From contig LSRY02000041.1 of NCBI GenBank assembly GCA_001643675.2, positions 812,178 through 876,177 of the forward strand: DNA of 64,000 nucleotides, in the 5' to 3' direction. Origin of the DNA: Monocercomonoides exilis PA203 (lineage: Eukaryota > Protista > Preaxostyla). This document shows positions 48,501 through 61,749 of this stretch, in pieces. Made by a program: the position numbers and the translations under genes. Under the pieces are notes generated by a model. That model was given only the letters and a program-made list of their open reading frames with translations. It was not told the DNA's origin and made no database searches. Position 1 is the stretch's first letter. Every line of letters starts with the position of its first letter.

Positions 48501-51500
48501 TTGAGCATCAGCGATGGCATCATGCACTTTGATGTGGCTGGATGGCGGGAACAGCACAGACGAGGGCAGCTTGGGTCCTCCCTGCTCAGCACAAGTCACT
48601 GCCAGATGTGATTCCTTCAACTCTGTCGTCATTTTCAGCTGCTCAGAAACTCCAATCGGCACAGCATTTGGCACGTCCTCCGAACAGACACAGCACACAT
48701 CCACATCATCCATCTCAGGCGATTCTGCATTCACCACGCAAGGCAACCCCGATGAGCCTGGTGGATTGGCACAGCTGCAACCATCGTTCTCATCTTCACC
48801 AAAAACACCACAACGCAAATTCGGCTGCACTGCCTGATGCCCCACACGCCTCCCACACGCCATGCTCGCTGCAATCGGACTCAGAAGTACTCTGCTTTTC
48901 GTCGGTGACACATTCACCCGATCAGCATCAACACTAATCCGCCTCCTCGCTGGTGGCGAGCTTGCATGCTGTGCCAACAAACACAATGAAGATGAAGGTG
49001 AAGATGAGGATGGCAAAGGCGCTGATTCAAAATGCTTCTTCTCTCCAAGTGTTTTGTCTTGAACTGCAACTCCACCTGAGCCCTCCTCCCTGCTCTCCTC
49101 TTCCTTCCCTGCCTGCCTCGCAAACGAAAACAATCTCTTGAAGAACCCCATTTTCTCCCGCTTTGTCCTCAGCCCCATTTCCTCTGCTTTCTCTTTCATT
49201 TCTCTTTCCTTTTCTCCTCCTCTTCCTCCTCTTCCTCCTCTTCCTTCCCTCTTTCCCTCATCATCATACACACTCTTTCCAACCCCTTCAATCGAAAAGC
49301 TCCTTCCCCTTCCCTTCTCTCCCCTTTCTTTCCCTTCCTCCTCCTTCTCCTCCTCCTCTTTTCTCCTCGCTTTCTCTTCTCTCATTGAAAGACTCTTCTG
49401 CTCCTCCCGATGCACCGCCTCTGTCTTCAGTGCCTCCATCTCCCTCACCCACCCCTCTACCGCCTTCGGGTGTGTTCTCCTCAAAAACCGATCCACCCTC
49501 AGAACAAGCTCCGGCTGCCGATCCCACTCAAACTCCTGTCTGCCTTCCTTCGCAGAGCTTCTTCTTCCCCCATCTACTCCAAATGGCAGGCAACCACAGC
49601 TGCTCCCTGCTCCGGCTCCTGCTCTCTGCAACCGCTCTTTCTCTTCCCGCACCCACTCTCCAAGCATCCGAAACCGCAGCGACGGAACAACAGACGGATT
49701 CGCAATCAGCAGCGACTCCCCCGACCGCAGCCCCAGACACACCGAGCATCCCTCGCTGAACGGCGAGGTGTCAACATTCGTCTCCCTCGTGCCCTCCAAA
49801 GTGGACGGCACAACTGCACAGAATTTGGGGCGTCGGTGGCGCGGAGGCAGCAGCAGAGACGAAGAACGCAACGACGCGCTGGATGCACTCGACTCGACAG
49901 CCGAAAGGAAAGACAGCACTCGCCAGTTCACAACAAACTGTGTGGGGAAGAAGTACACCTGCGATGGCTTGCTCTGCCCTCTTCCTCTTCCATCCATCGA
50001 CTGAAGATCCAGAACAAAAGACGAATTGCTCGGCTGCCTTGCTTGTGAAGTGTGTTGAAGAATACCATCAGACGGCAAAGAAAGAGAAGAAGATAAAGAT
50101 GATGATGATGATGATGATGCTGAAGTGATTCGAGGTGAAGTGGTTGAAGACGAAGTGGTTGAGTTTTCGAGTGGATAACTCACAGAAAGTGGTGCAAAGT
50201 GTGCCAAATCTCTTTTTTCTGCTGTGCCTTCCCACTCGCCTGACGAAGCAGTGGATGAAACAGACAGACTTCCCATTCCTGATGAACACCCCTTTTCTTT
50301 GCTGTTCTTCGAAACCAGTTGACCTTTGCTTGGAAGCACATCACAAGAAGACAACATCGAATCTGCTTCGCAATTGCTCCTTTTCTGCGAAGCAGGACGA
50401 AATTCCAGAAGCGACTGAAGCTGCCCAAAGTGCAATGTTGTCCCTTTCTCCTTTTCCATTTTCTTCTTCTGCTTCTTCTTCATTATCGTCTTCATTCTCC
50501 TTTCTCTCCTCCAAATCCTCTTTTCCTCTGCTTGCTGCTGCTGCTCCTTCCATTTCGGATAAAACCGCCCCAAAAACGCCTCTTCAAACGGAGTTATTTC
50601 TGCGCCTGCCCCAAGCGCTTCCGCAGACACAACTCGCACTGACTCACTCTCTCTTCTCACACACCCCGTCTCTCCTGCTGCCTGCAATCGCAATTGCTTC
50701 GATCGTTCCAATGGCGCTGCTGCCTCTGATGCCCCTATCCTCACACAGCATCCTGCTGCTTCCATCGCCTTCTCCTCGTTCTCCAGAAGAATCAGATGCA
50801 TAAACACATTCTCCGGCAGACACCTTCTTCCTCTCCCTTCTCTTCCCTCTTCCACTCCTCTGCCCTCTTCAACGCTCCGCAGTGTGATCTGCTCCAACAC
50901 ATCCACATTCCTTTTGCCCATCCTGCTCTGCCGCCTTCTCCCTCGCCTCAGCATCTCCTCAGGCGCCACAAATCCACACGGCCTAAATGTCTGCTCACCC
51001 TCTTCATAAACAGGTGCCATATAGCTCTCAAAGCATCCCTCACTCTCATCACTCCCATCACTCCCATTCTTCTTTGATCCCATCGAATGTTTGTCTTCAT
51101 CCTGCTTTTTCTCCTTCTTCTCCTTCATCTTCTTCTCCTTCTCCCTCTTCTTCATCTGCTGCTTCACTCCAGCCCAACACATCCCCTCTTCTCTTCTTTC
51201 TCTTCTGTCTGCTTTCCAGCCTCCTTCTGACAGAGCAGACGAGCGTGCTTTCTGAGAACGCTCTTCTCTCTCCTTCTGATAGGCAGCTGCGAGGCAAGTG
51301 CTGTCTGAAGAGCGCTCTTTCCCTTCTGAAGGTGCAATGTGCCTCTGAAACAGCCCAAATTCCAGCTCTTTGTCTCCTTTCGGAATCTTGAACGAGGAAA
51401 CAGAAGAAGACGTTGTTGATGATGATGATGGTTCAGTTGCTTTGTTGGTTGTGAATGGCTTCTGTTCGAAAACACATTTCTGTCCAACAGCATTGGACAA

Positions 51501-54500
51501 TGCACTCACCCCACAAAATGCCTTCTCACACTTTTCTGCTGCATCCCTCGCATTTGAAGGACAAGGTCTGAAATGCGAATAATCAACCACCGGAAACAGC
51601 GAAGAAAGAGGCATTTTGGAGGAAGCAGGCAACAAGGTTGGAGTTCTTTCTGCACAAAGATTGATGCTGTTTGTGTTTTGCGTTTGATTTTTCTTCATTT
51701 CTTTCTTTGAGTGCTGCCTTGTCTCTTCCACCCCCAATCTCCATGCTCCAGCTGCTGCTGAATGGCTCCTCTCCACCTTGTTTCCCATCCTTCTTTCTCT
51801 TCTTTCTCTTCTTTCTCTTCTTCCTTCTCCTCCTCCTCCTTCCCCTCCTCCCCCTTTCACCACCAAATACCCTCGAAAAGTCCGTCGCCCTTTCACCTTC
51901 CGAATCTCCACTGCCTCTTTCCCAACTGACCCTCTGCTGTTCGTCGACACCGCATACCGCTGCCGACGCACACGATACAAAACAAGCTCTGCCTGTGCTG
52001 AATTCGAAGTGCCCTGCTGGCACAGGCAAGACTGCCCCTCTCCATCTCCACCTCCACCTCCACTCCTCTCAATCACACAGTCCTCTTCCTCACACTCTGT
52101 TCGCACAAGCGGAACAACACTTTTCTTCTTCTTCTGCCGCTTCTTCTTTTCCCCTTTCTCCTTCTTCTCTCTTCTCCTCGCTGTGAACCCAAGCACCTCC
52201 ATCCCGTCCGACGACAAAATCACATGCTCAATCTCTTCCCCGTCTCCAATCCGCCTCCCTTCAAACAGTCGTGTCTCTGCTCTTGTCCTCCCACAAAGCT
52301 CCTCCTCGCACAGCCCCATCTCCACCCCTGCAAAATATCGGTCTTCCATTCTTCTGAGCTCTTCTCCTTCTCCTTCTTCCTCTTTCTCTCTGTCTTCCTC
52401 TTCTTTGCTGCTCTCCTCTTCGCTTGCTGCCTCTTGCTCTGTCGTCGACTGCCACAGCGGCGACTGAAACCGGCGCAGCGTCGGCAGAGGCGCCGATGCA
52501 GACCGCATGCTGCTCAAAGGGCGGAACCTTCCATTCGGCGGAGAAATCATCTGCTGCTCAGCCAGACACGAAGAACACAGCATCCCTGGCAGACAAGATG
52601 AATCAGATGACGAAGATGATGATGAAGTTGATGATGAGGATGATGATGAGGATGATGAATGAAACGACGATGAATGAGATGGATGAGTGAGGCAGTCAGA
52701 AGGAGAGCGGCAGAAGGCAAGTGGCGAGGTGTTTGGAGGAGTGCCACGTGCTGCAGTCGACCGGCCGCGCTGCTTCGGAGGCGAAGGGAGGGTGGGCAGC
52801 GGCGCAGACGGTGACACATCCATCCCGCCAAAACGGAACCGCACCGGCTCCTCCACCGGAAGAGGCACAGACACACCTCCAGACACACATGTTGACTCAG
52901 ATGCATTTGTTGAATGTGACATGGGAGATGTCATTGGAGCAATCAGCTGCCGAGAAGATGACAAAGAAGACAAAGAAGGAGAAGCATCCTTCGCTGCTGC
53001 CCACTCTGCGCTGCTGTGCACAGCCTTCTGCAGCAGATTCCGCTGCCCCTCTGAAAGCAGCACACTTCCTCTCTCTGCGCCTCGCCCGCAAATCACCGGC
53101 CTCGCCTTGCTCTCTCTTATCTCCCTTCTCTCTCTGCTTTCCCTTCTCTCTCTGCTCTCCTGCGGATACAACATCTGCAGCTCCATCGGCGGAAGGCGCA
53201 GAGGAGACTTTGCTTCGGCGACGGCTGCTTCGGCGGAGTGTGCTGCCAGAAAGAGGACTGCGGCAGAGACACACACTCCTTCTGCCCATCCAGCACCCCT
53301 CCTCTGCTTCCCTGCTTTTCTTTCTCCAACTCTTCTGCTTTCCAGCTGTTGCTGAGGCAACTCTCAGACGTTGACATTTTTATTTCCTCATCTTCATCCT
53401 CTTCCTCCTCTTCCCCTTCCTCCTCCTCTTCATCATCATCTTCATCATCTTCTTCCTCTTTCTTTGCTTCCAGCAGCTCCTGTCGGCAGGCACGCCAAGC
53501 TTGCTCTCTTTCCTCAAGAAGCTGTCGAGTGCTTTCGCCAAACAGAACATCAACTGCCTTCACAACAGCATCCATAAGCACCACCTCGTTCTGCACTCCG
53601 TCATAGCAACGCACATACACGCACATAGAGAGAGAAAGAGAAAGAGAAAGAGAAAGAGAAAGAGAAATTCATAAACATCAAAAATATTCATATGAATGAA
53701 TGAATCGACAAATAAAAAATGAGTGAGTGAGTGAATGAATAAATCAACAAACAAGAAATTTAAAGCATGTTTTTTTAAAAAAAAAAATAAAAATAAAAAT
53801 AAAAACCAAAAAAATTTGCAAAGCTACATGAGGCACACCATATGGAACATAAATAGCTCTTTTCGCTGTGCAAGGCTCGTTCTGTCAAACCCCAAGTTGT
53901 GCATCGCAATCATCGTCCGCAACTGGTCGCACAAGTCCGTCTGCCTCTGTGACTCTTGCCCATCACTCTGTCCCGCTTCTGCGCCTGTCTCTCCAAGCGC
54001 ACAAAGTGCTTTGTGCAGAATGCTCTTCATCGGCTGGTATTTTGCTGTGGCAGAGGCTGATAAAGATGGTGGGACTTTCGACGATGCCACTCCGAGAACG
54101 ACATCTCGCCCGCTCGCCACACGCCTCAGACGTGACTTGCTGTTTGGGCTGAGTATCACCACACATGCCTCTGCATATTTCATAAGCACAAATCGGGCAA
54201 TGCTCAATATAACAGGAGCCACGGAAATCAAAGGTTGATCAGGAAAATCCATCCTCAGCGTCAAAACCTTCAAAAACGACGGATAAAGAGACTCACAGAA
54301 TTTTACAAGAGAAAACTTGGCGAAATAAATAAAAAATTCACTTGTCGAAATAAAAGCTTTACTCTCAAACTGGTGTTACAACTTCTGGTTCTGAACGATG
54401 CCCATAAATGTCAACAAGATTCAAAGATACCGTTTCATGCAAAAATGCATCGGCATAAGCCAAATTTTCAATCAGATTGGTTGAAATAACATGCTTGGGC

Positions 54501-54709
54501 AATCGAGCTTTTTTTTGTTTTCGCTGTTTGACTGGGGGGAATAGAAGCGGTTCTACCCCAGCCTTTACCGGATTCCATTTAAAGTTCCCAAATGGGCTCC
54601 TGAGTCTTTTTTGTACTGCTGAGGGAATGTGAATTGTTTCATTTAAGCAAGACTTAGAAAACAAATTTCGTTTCTCCAAAGAAGAACTCGTTTTCTCGCG
54701 CTGCTTCAT
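45524..54709 (-). CDS. Very large hypothetical low-complexity protein (~2900 aa), >=3 exons, two apparent frameshifts
   Basis: Exons 54709-54371 (CCA|GTTTGA), 54267-53839 (AAG|..ATG|GTGTGC) and 53590 onward (CAG|AAC) join in phase 0. The frame then switches within 53360-53117 to the 2435-aa ORF and within 46219-46053 to the terminal ORF. No domain was recognised. Confidence 0.65.
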
Positions 54710-55670
54710 GATTTTTGTCTATAAGAGCGCGTTGATGTTATTTTACACTCGCAATAGTTTTCACTTTGCATGACTGGACGCTTTTTTTAAAAACAACTCC
54801 CATAACAAAATGCAATTGAAAAACAAAATGTGAAATTTCATAGTTAATTTCAAAAGACAATGCATCTTGCAAAACGATGGCTTGCAATACGTTCTTGATG
54901 CATGACAACTGCTATAAAATAGAAATTGAGCTATTTCAAAATTGTTTATTCTTTCACACAAAAAATAATTCAAAATGGGAATTTTTCAAAAAAATTGAAT
55001 AATTTTCATACGAAATAGAAAAATCTTTTTAAAAACAAATATATTTTATCTGTTTTTTTTCAATAAGAATAATCTGATTAATGCACTTAGGGAAAATCAA
55101 CATAGTGAAAACAGCATTTAATCAATTAACAAAAAAAATTGACTCAAATTTATTTCTTCAAATTTTTCTTTATTGAATCTTGATTAATATCCCGATGTGA
55201 ATTAAAATGCTTATGATGAAGAAACAAACAAATAAAATATTCCCAGATATTTTTTATGATTTGAAAAAGAATGACCCAAAAAATAAGTTTTCTGTTCTTA
55301 ATAACAACAATGCGATCAAAATAATTATTTTTGCAATGAAAATAAAAATTTCTCATGCTTTCATTGGAAAAAAGATTTTTGTGGAAAAAATGACCTTTTA
55401 ACAAAACAATGAAAATTTTTAAAAAATTGCTCACTCGCACACAAAGTTTAAGCTGATACAGTTTTTAAAAACGAAAACAATGGAAAAAATCTACTCAAAC
55501 ATATTTTCAAATGATTGTGAATAAAAAATTCGTCAGTTGAATAATAATTGTTATTTTGAATGGTAAATTAGTAATTTTGAGTTCATGAAATTTTAATTTT
55601 GAATCATTTTTGGCGTATATCTTTAAATTATAAATTCATCAAATATAATATAGGTAATTCTTTTTCACGT

Positions 55671-55843
55671 GGGACGAAATTTTTGACTTCATGTATATTT
55701 TTCAACACTATATTTTCTTTCATTTTTCTCAATCTTTTAATTTCACTTTGTTTTTTTTCCATGAAAATGAAAGACTTGAAATAATGAGATGACAGAAAAG
55801 TTTGGAACAGTTTTTTTCTACATAAATTCAAGAATTTCATTCC
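55671..55843. mobile_element. MITE family A copy
   Basis: GGGACGAAATT...AAAAGTTTGGAACA...AATTTCATTCC. Same length and motif order as 30454-30630. Confidence 0.6.
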
Positions 55844-56382
55844 ATTCATGTTTTTTTCAAAAAAATATTTTGAATCGAAATTTTGAAAAAAAACAAAGTT
55901 TGGAGATACATTCGATGATGAATTTCGCTATGAAATGAATTTTCTGCTTCACTTTCATGTTAAACATATGTTTCAGTGATAATTGAAAAGCATAGAACAT
56001 TTCAACTTTAATTAATCTTCCTGTGATTTGAAACTCTATAATTATCGATACTCCGAAAAAATATGTGATTTTAAAAGTTTTTACAAATCATTTGAAGATT
56101 AATTAAATAAAAACAATGATTTTTTTTTTTTTTTACTAATAATGATTTCTCATTTTCAAAATAAAAAAAACAGATTTGATTTCTTTCTGTTCAACAAGTT
56201 ATTTATTGTCGCCTGAACATTTGTTTGCATTATTTTTATCAAATTATTCAATTTCTTATTGCTTTCTTGCTTTTCTTTCGTTTTTCTTTAGACTATTTTA
56301 ATAAATTAATCATTCAATCCCACTTTTTTTCGGAAGGAGTTCTATTGTCTTTGTTTGATAGTTCAGTAATATTCAATTAAAT

Positions 56383-56638
56383 GGGTGATTCTTTTTGATT
56401 TCATGTTTTTTCTGTTTTATTTTTCGATTTTTGTATTTGTCAGAAAAACTTGGAAATCAATCAAATGTTCTTGATAATGACACTTATGCACCTCGCTGTC
56501 TTTCTTTTGTAACGGATGTTTTTTCGGCAAACAATATCAAAGCATTGAACATATCGATAAATATTCTCTCGTCAATAACATCAAACCTGGAAATAATACT
56601 CACTCCAAAGAAATATATTATTTCAAAAATAATCACTC
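56383..56638. mobile_element. MITE family D, AAAT target-site duplication
   Basis: AAAT|GGGTGATTCTTTTTGA...TCAAAAATAATCACTC|AAAT. Confidence 0.75.
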
Positions 56639-56747
56639 AAATTGGAAGAAAAAACAAAAACTGAGGAAATTGTGTTTGCATTATCATATAAGTGATAATT
56701 GTTGGCATTATCCATTTATTTATCAAAAAATTTCAAATTAATGATAT

Positions 56748-57014
56748 GGGACAAAATATAAGACTTCAGGCATTTTCATAGATAAATTATGCACTTTTGA
56801 TTAACTTTTTCTGAACAAAAAATACAAATAAATCGGGTTCATTTTTTGAAATACATGTGATGTCACAGAATATAATGTTACGCAATTATTTATCCCTGAT
56901 TGCAGATATGAAAATCCAATTTATTATCAAATCTGAGAAAGATTCACAAGGTTATGAGTGAAACAACTATTTATTGCTTTATGCAAAAAAGCTTGAAAGT
57001 CCGTATTTTCCCCC
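56748..57014. mobile_element. MITE family B
   Basis: GGGACAAAATATAAGACTTCAGGC...GCTTGAAAGTCCGTATTTTCCCCC. Homologous to 29576-29843 and ~58590-58860. Confidence 0.7.
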
Positions 57015-57426
57015 TTATGTTCGAAATTCAAGAAATAAACCTTCAGCTCAATGAAAACAGCATTGATTCTTCTCATTATCCGATTTTCATATCCAACGTT
57101 TGCTTTTATAATAACTGCAATGCAACAAACTATCAGATACAGATGCAGTTTTGAGTGGGAATTGATAAAGGCTTGAATTCACACAAAGAAAATTTTATTG
57201 TTCACAAAAACAATCACCAATATGCAAGTTTCATATTGGATTTTTTTCAGAAATGAATTGTGCTTTCAACGAGGGGCTTTTAACATTCAAAGATTTGTTG
57301 TTCATTTGACTACAGGATATAATATAAAAAGTCATTAATTTTATTCAAATGTGTTGTATTTCAAACAAGCTGCATCAGAACACAATCAACATTTTTTTGG
57401 TGTCATTTCCAGAAAAAGCAATAAAT

Positions 57427-57684
57427 GGGTGATTATTTTTGAAATCCTATATTTTCTGTCAAATTTTTCGGTTTGAATTATTGTTATGAATATTTAAAAA
57501 TGAACCCTGAAAAGTGATAGAGCTATTTTGTGGCGCATCTGCTATTTTTTTTTCAAATCAAACTTTGGCTTTTGAAACGAAAAATAAATTTTTAAATTTT
57601 GTTTGAAATTATTTAACAAATGACAATGAATTTTCATTAAAAGAAACATACCGAGAAAAGTTATGATTTCAAAAAAAATTACCC
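57427..57684. mobile_element. MITE family D, AAAT target-site duplication
   Basis: AAAT|GGGTGATTATTTTTGAAATC...GATTTCAAAAAAAATTACCC|AAAT. Confidence 0.78.
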
Positions 57685-58319
57685 AAATGGCACATTATTA
57701 TTAACAAGCTTCATTATCAACAAAAAAAGAAAAAGAAAAAGAAAAATGATTATGGAATATGCATAAACTCACATTAATGCGGGTTAATGCATATATCATA
57801 AAACTTATCTCATGATTTTCTTTATTGTTAATATTAAATTTTGTTTTCCCATTGTTTCAAAGAAAAATGAAAAAATATTTAAAATATCCAGACTTCATAA
57901 ATTTCATTCAATCTATTGATTTTTTTATATAAAATCATGAACTGATAAAACAATGATTACTAAAAAATATTAATGCTTTTGAAAAATGAACAAAGATTTT
58001 TTCCACTTCATGTTTAAAAGAAAGTTGTTAATGATGTTGTTCATTCTTCATATTTCAATAATAATTCTAACATCAAAAACTTTTCACTTTTCTGTATTCA
58101 TCGTAAACTGAAGCACATTCTCCATCTCCGGCCTCAAAAGTGTTTGAATCTTATTCGAAGAGATCAATACTTCGTTGAAGATCATTTTTTGCGGTATTTG
58201 TTTATTTTTTTCATTTCAAAAAAACTATTTATGATTTCCTCATCGGTTTCTTGATCATTGTCTGATCAAAAGAACATTTTTCAAAAATCTTCTGAAAAAC
58301 AAATGGGATATTTGAAATG

Positions 58320-58563
58320 TGTCTAAGTTATTTTGAAAAGTTCCTTTTGTTTAATTTTCATGAAAAAATGAAAATTTCACGTCTTTATCAAATTTCTCTT
58401 TTCACTTATGAAACTTCACGAAAATGCATAAATTAACATTGTTAAGCATTCATATCCATACGGGTGAATTTTGGTTTGTTGGAATGAAAATTTGATGAAA
58501 AAATTCAATTTTCCTTTTCACCTGAAAATTAAACAAAAGGAACTTTTCAAAATAATTAAGACA
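58320..58563. mobile_element. MITE family C with 41-bp inverted repeats
   Basis: 58320-58360 matches the reverse complement of 58523-58563 at 39/41 positions. A second copy lies at ~59318-59558. Confidence 0.75.
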
Positions 58564-58589
58564 TGTTATCAGAAATTTTTCTCTGTTCA

Positions 58590-58860
58590 TTGAACAAAAT
58601 GTTGCACTTCAGACTTTTTAACAGAAAAACACTGCACCACCGACAAACTTTTCGTGATCAAATAATTTAAATAAAATCTGTTCGTTTTTTGAAATACATG
58701 TTAAGTCACATAACATTATATAATTAAATCAATGATGGATTCAAACTAATATAAAAATATCTTGTTTATTCAGATATTGAAGAATATTTTATAAAATTAT
58801 TCGAAAAATAAAGTTTTTATGATTTGTGAATAAAAAGCTTCAAAGTCCATATTTCAATTC
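58590..58860. mobile_element. Degenerate MITE family B copy
   Basis: Shares TTTTTGAAATACATGT..GTCACA and AAAAAGCTT.AAAGTCC.TATTT with 56748-57014. Confidence 0.55.
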
Positions 58861-59317
58861 ATATTTTAGAAATCTTGCAAAATTATTCTCAAACAAATTA
58901 TTTTTGTGGAGAAGTTGAAAAAGAATTTTATTGTTAAAAATGAATTATTCCAACACTGAAAATAACATGTTGTTTCAAGCAATGAATGAAAATAACATTT
59001 TGAGTTTTTGAAGAATAATTTGAAAGAAACAAATTTTTGAAATACGGTTATCCAAAACATACACATATTATTTCAAAAATAGTATCCCGCATGGAACGTG
59101 ATTTTTGAATGGTCTCAAATGTTTAATCTTATGGTTGAATAAAACATTTCATTCCATTATTATTTTTTGAAATCAATCCGTCAAATTTCATCGCTATGCA
59201 AACCATTTCAAGTTGGAAATCAATATATTGAATTGATTTGTTCCATAACAATATAAATGGTTGAATTGCTGGAATTGATCGAAGAATTCAATTTTTTGTT
59301 AAATTGAATAATAAAAT

Positions 59318-59558
59318 GTCGAAATATTTTTGAAAAGTTCCTTTTGTTCAGTATTCAGGTTTATATGAAATTTGAATATTTTCATCAAATTTTCATTCCA
59401 ACTCACTAAAAGCTTCCAGAATGGAAATAAATGCTTGATAAAGTTATTATTTCTATTCTGGAAACTTTTGGTGAATTGGATGAAATTTTCTTCAAAATAC
59501 ATAATTTTTGTTTTCACCTGAAATTAAACAAAATGAACTTTTCAAAAAAATTTGGACA
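59318..59558. mobile_element. MITE family C copy
   Basis: TGTC..TTTTGAAAAGTTCCTTTTGTT...TTTTCACCTGAAATTAAACAAAATGAACTTTTCAAAA..GACA. Confidence 0.7.
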
Positions 59559-60016
59559 AATATTTGCAAAATATTATTTTTAAAAAAAATAGCATGTATC
59601 TGATATAATATGGTTCTTTAATCATATTTGTTGAATAATATTGCATTAGTCGTGAACATTTTATTGTCAGAAATTCACATGTAATAGTTTTTTCCTTCAG
59701 AAATATATCAAATGGAACAAAATTTAATATGATTGAACATAAGGTTACTTTTAGGGAACCTCAAAAATTGAAAATTTGCTCATAAAAATGCTTTTTGTTA
59801 ACAAGCAAACTTTCATCAACACTCTTTGATGTTGAATGCATGTTTTATTATCATTTTGCTTTTATAGGGTTTTCTTTTCAAAAACAACTATCCCCTTTTG
59901 AAATTTTAGAAAAATATTTTAGAAGAGTTATTTTTATTCTAAAAAAAGATATCTTTAGATTTCTTTTTTGATTGATGGTGTTATTTGCGATTGTTATAGT
60001 TCGAAACAGCTCAATT

Positions 60017-60191
60017 GGGGCGAAATTATTTCTTTTATGAAAAAACTTTGTTTTGTTCCAAACTTTTTCCCTATCTTATCATAAAATATCAAACATTCCC
60101 ATACTTTAGTGTGAAGAAAAAAAAGAAAATTGATAAAAACATCAAAAATAATTTGGTGGAACAAAATTCATAAAACCTAAAATTTCGTCCC
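60017..60191. mobile_element. MITE family A, AATT target-site duplication
   Basis: AATT|GGGGCGAAATT...AATTTCGTCCC|AATT (IR 10/11). Confidence 0.8.
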
Positions 60192-60273
60192 AATTCAAGT
60201 ATTCAAATGAAGTTTGAATAAATTCTTTTGAAATTTCAGATGTGAATAGAAAACCATTCAATCATTTTTGACT

Positions 60274-60683
60274 TATAGTAACTTTCATAATAGGCGGACA
60301 CTTTCCTAATGGCCGGACAGTAGCCTTTTCTCAGCAGCTAATGAACGTAGAATTTTGATTTTTTCCCACATCGATCGTAAGGCGAATATGAGTATATGAA
60401 GCATTCTGAGAATACTTTATTCTTGTTCATTCATTTTTTAAAAATAAATTTTGTTTTTCGGAGAAATTCGGAAAAACTAATTACTCCGTGTTTCTCCGAA
60501 AAACAAAATTTATTTTTAAAAAATGAATGAACAAGAATAAAGTATTCTCAGAATGCTTCATATACTCATATTCGCCTTACGATCGATGTGGGAAAAAATC
60601 AAAATTCTACGTTCATTAGCTGCTGAGAAAAGGCTACTGTCCGGCCATTAGGAAAGTGTCCGCCTATTATGAAAGTTACTATA
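60274..60683. mobile_element. Perfect palindromic (foldback) element: 193-bp arms, 24-nt spacer, TA ends
   Basis: 60274-60466 is the reverse complement of 60491-60683 with no mismatch found by eye. The ends are TA|TAGTAAC...GTTACTA|TA. Confidence 0.92.
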
Positions 60684-61749
60684 TATCAATAGGTTAGTAT
60701 ATGCATAATGCATTAATAATATCTCAATCTTTGAGTTTTTGGATTCATATTCATGTATTAAAGCAAAAAAGCGGGTGCTCCTAAAGTTACCTTTTGTCTA
60801 TGATTGCAGCAATGATGCCAATTAGCCGAATTGAAAATGTGATTAATATATTGACACAAATTGGAATTGAATTTTTTTTGATGAAGGAAGTTTTAATGAA
60901 TTAATATAATAACAACGCAAAAGCTTGATAATCCTTTTTTCCCCCTAATCAAAAATTACTCCGAAATCTTTATTGAAAACAACAAAATTCAACAGTTTTT
61001 CATCCAAAAAACAAGCTCTAAATAGAAAATTAAATCAAACAAAGCATTTCCACTATTCCAAGATTATATAAACGAAGGAAAGTTGAGACTGATATAAAAA
61101 ATAAAAAAAAAATAAAGATATTTAAAAAAGAATAAATCCTTATGTCAATCAGCACGACTTTTCTTTAAATCTTTCAATGAGAAAATTTGTTCACGAAATC
61201 AGTATAACTTTTTAATCCATCACATAATGCAATATTTGATAAATATTCAAAAAGTTGATATCAGAGGTTTTGCTTTATTCGAGCGGTCATATCAATTTCT
61301 CCATTGGCATTGAATAGAATTTTTTCTGTTTAAAAAGCAAAAATTCTATCAAATACTCCAGATCGACAAAATGTTCCGCTTTTATTAACTTTTATTTATC
61401 TTTAAAAAGTGATCATGCATTCTCTTTCTTGATTAACATTTCTGGCGTTCTTCTGGGGAGAGCGTCTCAGAAAACATTAACATTGACGCACAAACAAAAA
61501 ATTTGATGTGCTATGACATTACAAGAAGAAGTAGAAAAACAAGTGAATGAATATTGTAAGTGTTTCCAAAAAAAATATATTGAATAATAAGTGCAGGCTG
61601 ATGACACAATTAATGGGCTTTAAATTCATCAGTCTTTGATTTCTTGTGAGAACAGTGCTTCCTTCACTTTCTTGTTTCAATATTCTCTCCTTTGTTCTGT
61701 CTGCTCAGCACAGGATGATCACTTTCCATATGTTTAGTATTCTTTGTCT

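Noticed and set aside
54761-59517. Short 60-100 aa ORFs in the AT-rich tract
   Set aside because: They have F/K/I/N-biased composition and no motifs, and several overlap MITEs. They are not credible genes.
61440-61472. Small GC-richer hairpin, possible ncRNA or terminator
   Set aside because: The stem is short and imperfect, with no tRNA/snRNA features or other support.
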